Source: Candidatus Methanoperedenaceae archaeon
Lineage (GTDB): Archaea; Halobacteriota; Methanosarcinia; Methanosarcinales; Methanoperedenaceae
Length of the DNA stretch: 64,000 nt
Direction of reading: 5' to 3'
Assembly: GCA_963753595.1 (NCBI GenBank)
Contig: CAVWCX010000030.1
Location: 1-64,000 of the forward strand
Position numbers and translations under genes: made by a program. The notes under the pieces were generated by a model. The model had not been told where the DNA came from, made no database searches, and saw only the letters and a program-made list of their open reading frames with translations. How positions within the stretch are numbered: position 1 is the stretch's first letter; each line of letters starts with the position of its first letter. Positions 59,024 to 64,000 of this stretch are shown piece by piece.

Positions 59024-59710
59024 TTATGGGCTCTTGCCAGCTTGATTCGTGATCCGGTTCCTATCGACCCAAAAAGCAATAACAACAAGCCCGATCTGGC
59101 CTGCTGTCATAGTGAGGGCGACAGAAATCATGTCCGGTGGAGGGGGGCTGAAGATATTGCCAATAAAAAGGACCATCAGGATCAATACCATAATGGCAAG
59201 CCCATATTTTCCCGGCGATGAAACACTATGGGTCACGCTCCTGTAAAGATAAATCCCTATAAACAAAAGTCCAATTTCTACGATCATTGTACCTGCAAGG
59301 CTGTTCCAGAGAGATAAACCAAGTATGGGAGAATTTTTTCCAGAGATCGTCATATCAGGTGTATGTGAGATTACATCCAGAATAAAATGCGAGAAGATCG
59401 CAATTGCGAGTATGAATGCCGGCCGCTTCCTTTGCGAGCGAACCCCTGTTGGCCAGAGCCAATATACCAGAAAACCGGCTGTTGCCCACACAAATGCACC
59501 CAATGCGCTGTGGCTCAGGGGATAATCGTAGAATTCAAATGGTGATACGACCGTGGCGCCGGGGACGATCTTTGCGTGCTCAATCCCGAAAAGCAAAAAG
59601 AGCCCAAACAGGATGTCAAGTATGATCGCACCGAAAAGCAGCAGACCAAGTGATAATCTTGGCTCCACCTTTTTGAGTGCAAGTCCGATGCCATAGTGAC
59701 CGATAAACAT
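59024..59710 (-). CDS. Membrane-bound metal-dependent hydrolase (YdjM-like)
   Basis: MFIGH, D, SHS, SHFILD..H. Confidence 0.75.
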   Translation of the reverse strand: MFIGHYGIGLALKKVEPRLSLGLLLFGAIILDILFGLFLLFGIEHAKIVPGATVVSPFEFYDYPLSHSALGAFVWATAGFLVYWLWPTGVRSQRKRPAFILAIAIFSHFILDVISHTPDMTISGKNSPILGLSLWNSLAGTMIVEIGLLFIGIYLYRSVTHSVSSPGKYGLAIMVLILMVLFIGNIFSPPPPDMISVALTMTAGQIGLVVIAFWVDRNRITNQAGKSP

Positions 59711-59748
59711 TTTTTAACCTCGTTCGATATTTATGATGAGAGAAAAAC

Positions 59749-59978
59749 TCACCCGGCCTTTTTATTCTCTATCTCAACCAATTTGTTTATTCGTTCTTCT
59801 ACAATATCCATCGAATCTTCAAACAATTTCCTGTTAATATCAATATTGAAGTATTTTTTAAGTTTCTCTTTCGGGGTAAGTGTAGTGCCTGCTGAAAGAT
59901 ATTCAATATAATTCTTGTTGAATTCTTCCGGATCATCCCTGTATTTTTTGAAAAGAGAAAGAGAAATTGCCTTTGAAT
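59749..59978 (-). pseudogene. C-terminal fragment of M3 oligoendopeptidase F
   Basis: SLSLFKKY..YIEYLSAGTTLTPKEKLKKYFNIDI; no upstream catalytic region. Confidence 0.65.
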
Positions 59979-60184
59979 TCGTTTCTTCAAAAACCCCCCT
60001 GCGTTTCAGTATCCAGCCTGCGCGCAAAAAAGGGAACCAACAGGTTAGTGGCTCGATGATGAAAATGTGCTCACCATCGAACAGGTATCAGTAAGTGCGC
60101 CAGTCCATTTCACGACCGGGGGGCATTATCAACGTGTTTTCCATTTGACCCTTACTAAGGGGTGCCAATTATACGTATGAATAG
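59979..60184 (-). pseudogene. Decayed SRPBCC-family gene, copy 1
   Basis: LFDGEHIFIIEP // LLVPFFARRLDTETQGGF with stops and a deletion. Confidence 0.6.
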
Positions 60185-60263
60185 ACTTTTAAAAACTAAA
60201 ATATCCATCACCGTACTTTTAAAAACTAAAATATCCATCATCGTACCTTTAAAAAACAAAATA
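60185..60263. repeat. 30-bp tandem repeat, ~2.6 copies
   Basis: acttttaaaaactaaaatatccatca(c/t)cgt at 60185 and 60215, degenerate third at 60245. Confidence 0.85.
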
Positions 60264-60444
60264 AACTGAAATAATTGTCAGGATATTTATATTGTTTTAA
60301 GTCTTGTAAGGAAAGTGAGGAAGCCATTACCATACCTTTCCTATACCACAAGAAATGTACAATGTTTCTGGCCTCCTCTTTCTTTCATACACTCTAAGTC
60401 CCTGCCAGTTCTCATTATGTGCATGCCCTTTATTTGGATTTCTT

Positions 60445-60612
60445 TTATTTTTCTCCTTCCGCCCGCAGTTTGAGAGCTTGATTCATAACTTCAAAACCCC
60501 TGCGTGTTTCAGTATCCAGACTGCGCGCAAAAAGGGGAACTAACAGGCCAGTAATGATTTCACGCTGTATAAATCGCACACCTCCAGCAACAAGCGGCTC
60601 GATGATGAGCAG
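60445..60612 (-). pseudogene. SRPBCC-family C-terminal fragment, copy 2
   Basis: LIIEPLVAGGVRFIQREIITGLLVPLFARSLDTETRRGFEVMNQALKLRAEGEK*. Confidence 0.7.
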
Positions 60613-60630
60613 CTAAAATTGCAGCATCCC

Positions 60631-60770
60631 ATGGATGGATATAACTGTACGGAGATTGTTCTCATGGCGATGCAGGAAGCCGGATATCCCCACAGCCTTT
60701 GGAACAGGGATCGGGAGACGGGACTGCGGTGCCGTAACCGGAGGGATAATTGCAATTATAGTTCTCCGCA
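60631..60770 (+). pseudogene. C_GCAxxG_C_C family fragment
   Basis: MDGYNCTEIVLMAM then frameshift to TAFGTGIGRRDCGAVTGGIIAI. Confidence 0.65.
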
Positions 60771-60855
60771 TAACATCATTTTGGGATAGGGTGATCATTA
60801 ATCCAAATTTTATTACTTTCACAATGCCCTATCTTAGCGTATAAAACCATGCAAA

Positions 60856-61409
60856 CGAATTGGAACGCGGATGACGCGGATTGCGCGGATGCCCGCGGAT
60901 CGAATTATCCTTATTCCAATAGAAGGAGATACAAAATGTTGTATTCAGAAATGACAGAAAAAATCATCAATTCGTTTTACAAAGTTTATAATGTATTGGG
61001 CTATGGCTTTCTGGAAAAAGTTTATGAAAATGCCCTGGTAATTGAATTAAAAAGTGCGGGTTTCAAGGTCTTACAGCAGCAAAATATCAAAGTTTTCTAT
61101 AAAAATCAGGTAGTTGGAGATTATTTCGCAGATATTATTGTGAATGACCTGATAATTTTAGAAATAAAAGCGTCTGAGGGTTTAAGGGATGAAAATAAGG
61201 CTCAGTTGATCAATTATCTAAAAGCTACCAATAAAACAAGTCGGGCTTTTGTTTAATTTTGGTAAAAAACCAGATTTCAATAGAGCAATCTTCTCGAATG
61301 ATAGAAAGGAAATATCATATACAGAAGCCTCAAATCCGTGTGAATCCGCGCAATCCGCGTCATCCGCGTTCTATTCGTCTGGATGAATACTATTCTTTAA
61401 ATCCCGGAC
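60856..61409 (+). mobile_element. GxxExxY cassette bounded by periodic inverted repeats and 11-bp flanking direct repeat
   Basis: IRs 60855-60900 / 61334-61378 (28 bp perfect); aaccatgcaaa at 60845-60855 and 61410-61420. Confidence 0.7.
60936..61386 (+). CDS. GxxExxY protein (PD-(D/E)XK-like fold); 1-nt frameshift at A4 61233-61236
   Basis: AGGAG RBS; LGYGFLEKVYENAL, ADIIV..ILEIKA, AQLINYLKAT; shifted frame continues VGLLFNFGKKP. Confidence 0.88.
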
Positions 61410-61514
61410 AACCATGCAAATAACTCAACCCATCCTGCTGTAACAAACACCGATGCTGACTTCTGCGCAGTATTTTGACGGATATTCCAGCCTTTGTCTG
61501 GACAGGCAATTTCT

Positions 61515-61662
61515 AAACAACGAACTAAAACGAACTGCAACGAACTCAAAGCAATCAGAGTTCGTATTGAGTTCGTCGGAGTTCGGTGTTAATTTTTTTC
61601 ATACCAGCTCACGGAGGAAATAGAGCAACGTTGACTCTGTGATTTCTGAGGCATCTGTAGTT
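61515..61662. repeat. AACGAAC element copy C (61515-61605) abutting a cacagag-type 9-mer palindrome (61608-61662)
   Basis: aacaacgaactaaaacgaactgcaacgaactc...gagttcg x3...ttttttcataccAG ctcacggag gaaatagag...ctctgtgat ttctgaggc atctgtagtt. Confidence 0.75.
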
Positions 61663-61702
61663 AATTATCATTACCAGATGCAATCAAACAAACAGCATTC
61701 CA

Positions 61703-62355
61703 TCAATGCTTGTGGTCATCACCTTTCAAGATCAGAACACCAAGGGCCACCAGCCAGATACTCCAGAGAATGTAGCCAATAAAGTTGGCGGTATCAGTGC
61801 CGGGGACACCCAGCGGGATAAGGAGACCAAGCATTATGAGGAGCGCCGAGATGATCCCGAGCCATGAAAACCAGAGGCGTCCGATGTTTTTACCCAGGGA
61901 TTGGATGATAAGAATAGTCCAAACTCCTGTGAAGAGATAACCGAATGTCTCACCTATGATCGTCCCCAGGATCTTATTGAGCAACTGGAATGTTGCCACA
62001 TCACCATTTTGCGCAAGACCTGGCACGATCAATATCCATCGTGATAAGCCAATGACCTGCACAACTGCGGCCAATACACCCATCCACACCGCCATGCGGC
62101 TGCTCCCCAGGCGGCCAAGGATGACAGCAATGGGGCTAACAAACCAGCGCCAATCGCAAGGATGCTAAACCAGAAAATTATCGCGGTTTGGTTTGCCATG
62201 AATTGCCGAAGGATCTCATTTGCCGGCTCTTGCAAGATATCGGGATAATTAAAAACCGATCCTAATCCAATAAACGCTATGTTTGCCAGAACCGCACCAA
62301 GTACGAGCAATGCCGCCGCCAGTTTTCTGTAGGACCGCTCTGAAAATTCGTTCAT
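61703..62355 (-). CDS. DUF4386-like membrane protein; 1-nt frameshift at 62132-62135
   Basis: FNYPDILQEP..(shift)..QVIGLSRW..IGETFGYLFTGVW. Confidence 0.75.
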
Positions 62356-62374
62356 GCTTTCCTCATATTAGTCC

Positions 62375-63100
62375 TCATTTTGCGTCCCAATAGTACTCGA
62401 ATAGCTTTTCGCACCACTTCCTGAACCTTTCATCATGGCCGAAAAAGGCAGTATTCTGGTCGATCTTGCCATCCGGTCCGGGCAGTTTGAGCATGGAGAA
62501 ACTATTTGCCGTCATTATAGATAATTTGATCTCATCCAATGCCCTGAACTGTAATTTTTCCATGTTTTTTTCCCTGAGTTTCAAAGTTGAGATCAGATCT
62601 TTTGGAAATATTACCCTTATCTCCATTCCCTTTTCCAATACCTTTTCAACATTAGGCAGATGATGCCTGGGAAAATCATCTGACATGTACCAGAAGTGGC
62701 CTGAAAGACCTTCGCTCAATTTTTCCTGTGTGTTTAAAATATTATAAACGCCTGTCACGATCTCTCCTTTAGATAAAGCGTCTATTTGTCCAAGGAGATC
62801 AAGAGGGATTGATGAAGTATCATGTTCAAGGAAATATCCTGATTTCTCAGATATGAAGTTCATCCCCGATATGCTGGATATAACCAGTTTCCCCAGAAGC
62901 GTATTATAATATCTCCCATCCCCTTTTTTCTCAATTAGCCTTGCCTCAGCTAATCTTGATAATTGTCTTGATGCTTCTGCCGAGGTCATGTCAACTTCCT
63001 TGATCAGGTTGGTGAATGTCATATGTTTTTCATTCAGGGTCCGGAGTATATCAAGCCTTTTTCCTGAAGACAGTTCCGTGAATAGCTCATAGACTTTCAT
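62375..63100 (-). CDS. Winged-HTH regulator, paralogue of 51176-51916
   Basis: Shared blocks YELFTELSS, EASRQLSRL, WYMSDDFPRHHLP, LPGPDGKID. Confidence 0.87.
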   Translation of the reverse strand: MKVYELFTELSSGKRLDILRTLNEKHMTFTNLIKEVDMTSAEASRQLSRLAEARLIEKKGDGRYYNTLLGKLVISSISGMNFISEKSGYFLEHDTSSIPLDLLGQIDALSKGEIVTGVYNILNTQEKLSEGLSGHFWYMSDDFPRHHLPNVEKVLEKGMEIRVIFPKDLISTLKLREKNMEKLQFRALDEIKLSIMTANSFSMLKLPGPDGKIDQNTAFFGHDERFRKWCEKLFEYYWDAK

Positions 63101-63109
63101 GGTATTTTC

Positions 63110-63185
63110 TTGTTACATTGGTGCAACCTTTGTAATATGCCTGTTGCCTGGATCTGCATTGTGCCAGATTTTTATTAAGCATCTC
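63110..63185. promoter_or_regulatory. Second copy of divergent promoter/operator (GTTACA-N4-TGCAAC)
   Basis: 63112-63127 near-palindrome plus tgccagatttttattaagcat. Confidence 0.65.
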
Positions 63186-63223
63186 CGGATCAATTTTTCC
63201 TCTGGTGAAAAAGGTGATAAAAC

Positions 63224-63922
63224 ATGAACAATGAAAATATAATCCGGTTAACCGGGGTCACTAAGACCCATGAAGCTGCAGGAGGTACATTCCATGCGCT
63301 TCGGGAAGTTAATTTGGACGTGAAGCCTGGTGAGTTCGTTGCCATAATCGGTAAATCAGGCAGCGGTAAATCGACCATGCTCAATATGTTAAGCGGTATC
63401 GACAGGCCGACATCAGGGGAAATATGGATCGGCGATACTCCTGTTCATACGCTGGACCAGGATCAGCTTGCAAAATGGCGCGGGAAGAATGTCGGCATCG
63501 TGTTCCAGTTCTTCCAGCTGCTGCCCACGCTGACCATTCTTGAGAATGTGATGCTGCCTATGGACTTCTGCAATTCCATCCCCGCACGTGAACGTAAGGG
63601 GAGGGCGCTGAGCCTGCTGGAACAGGTCGGTATCAGTGAGCAGGCATATAAGCTTCCCGCACTTCTTTCCGGCGGTCAGCAGCAGCGTGCTGCTATTGCA
63701 CGCGCTCTCGCGAATGACCCTGCATTGCTTATGGCAGATGAGCCGACCGGAAATCTCGATTCTCATACCTCGGAGGCTATTTTACAGCTTTTTAAGGGCC
63801 TTGCAGCATCGGGTAAAACCGTTATAATGGTGACGCATGAACGAGACATAACGCAATGGGTTTCAAGCGTGGTAAAGTTATCAGACGGGCAGGTTGTTAA
63901 TGGAAGTGGTTCACATGATTAG
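63224..63922 (+). CDS. ABC transporter ATP-binding protein (LolD/MacB-like)
   Basis: GKSGSGKST, LSGGQQQR, DEPTGNLD. Confidence 0.93.
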   Translation: MNNENIIRLTGVTKTHEAAGGTFHALREVNLDVKPGEFVAIIGKSGSGKSTMLNMLSGIDRPTSGEIWIGDTPVHTLDQDQLAKWRGKNVGIVFQFFQLLPTLTILENVMLPMDFCNSIPARERKGRALSLLEQVGISEQAYKLPALLSGGQQQRAAIARALANDPALLMADEPTGNLDSHTSEAILQLFKGLAASGKTVIMVTHERDITQWVSSVVKLSDGQVVNGSGSHD

Positions 63923-64000
63923 TGTACGCTGGCGCAAAGTGCTGGGCGATCTGTGGATTAACAAGACACGTACATTGCTGGCAGTACTGGCTATCGCTAT
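63915..64000 (+). CDS. ABC permease, 5' end only
   Basis: MISVRWRKVLGDLWINKTRTLLAVLAIA overlapping ATPase stop. Confidence 0.75.
   Translation, partial: MISVRWRKVLGDLWINKTRTLLAVLAIA

Noticed and set aside
60185-60263. 30-bp repeat as mini-CRISPR
   Set aside because: Head-to-tail tandem without spacers
60849-60935. N-terminal extension MQTNWNADDADCADARG on GxxExxY
   Set aside because: It is the translated left inverted repeat; RBS AGGAG supports ATG 60936

Overview
Chromosomal segment of a Methanosarcinales-type archaeon, most consistent with Ca. Methanoperedens/ANME-2d (inferred from hdrDE, mfnD-like, rps19e, archaeal tpiA/elp3, a lipoprotein di-heme cytochrome c and many KaiC/RAD55 paralogues). 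About 22-51 kb is housekeeping: hom/ACT, taw2-like, ABC, FKBP, mscS, hdrED, cysS, rps19e operon, CoA-disulfide reductase, Pat-like ACD-GNAT, tpiA, elp3, HgdB/HgdC-like pair, mfnD, queH. The flanks (1-22 kb, 51-64 kb) are accessory: transporters, two-component systems, methyltransferases, pseudogene debris. No rRNA, tRNA or CRISPR array was recognised. The most unusual structure is a set of hairpin elements built from periodic 9-10 nt units. (1) A GxxExxY (PD-(D/E)XK-like) gene is enclosed by ~45-bp inverted repeats of (GCGGAT) 9-mers, with an 11-bp flanking direct repeat (60845-61420). (2) A four-copy non-coding element of 10-mer AACGAAC arms (about 90-135 bp as seen) sits at a CT/AG dinucleotide inside or against other 9-mer palindromes (clear at 55.5k and 58.8k, partial or tentative at 11.5k and 61.5k). 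Together these suggest a nested, transposase-less REP/MITE-like mobile system. Other points: an internally deleted TnpB element with intact-looking ends, a KaiC-GTPase-Roadblock module coupled to yhbY/rps19e, a duplicated regulator/operator module, and four homopolymer frameshifts that are probably sequencing errors.
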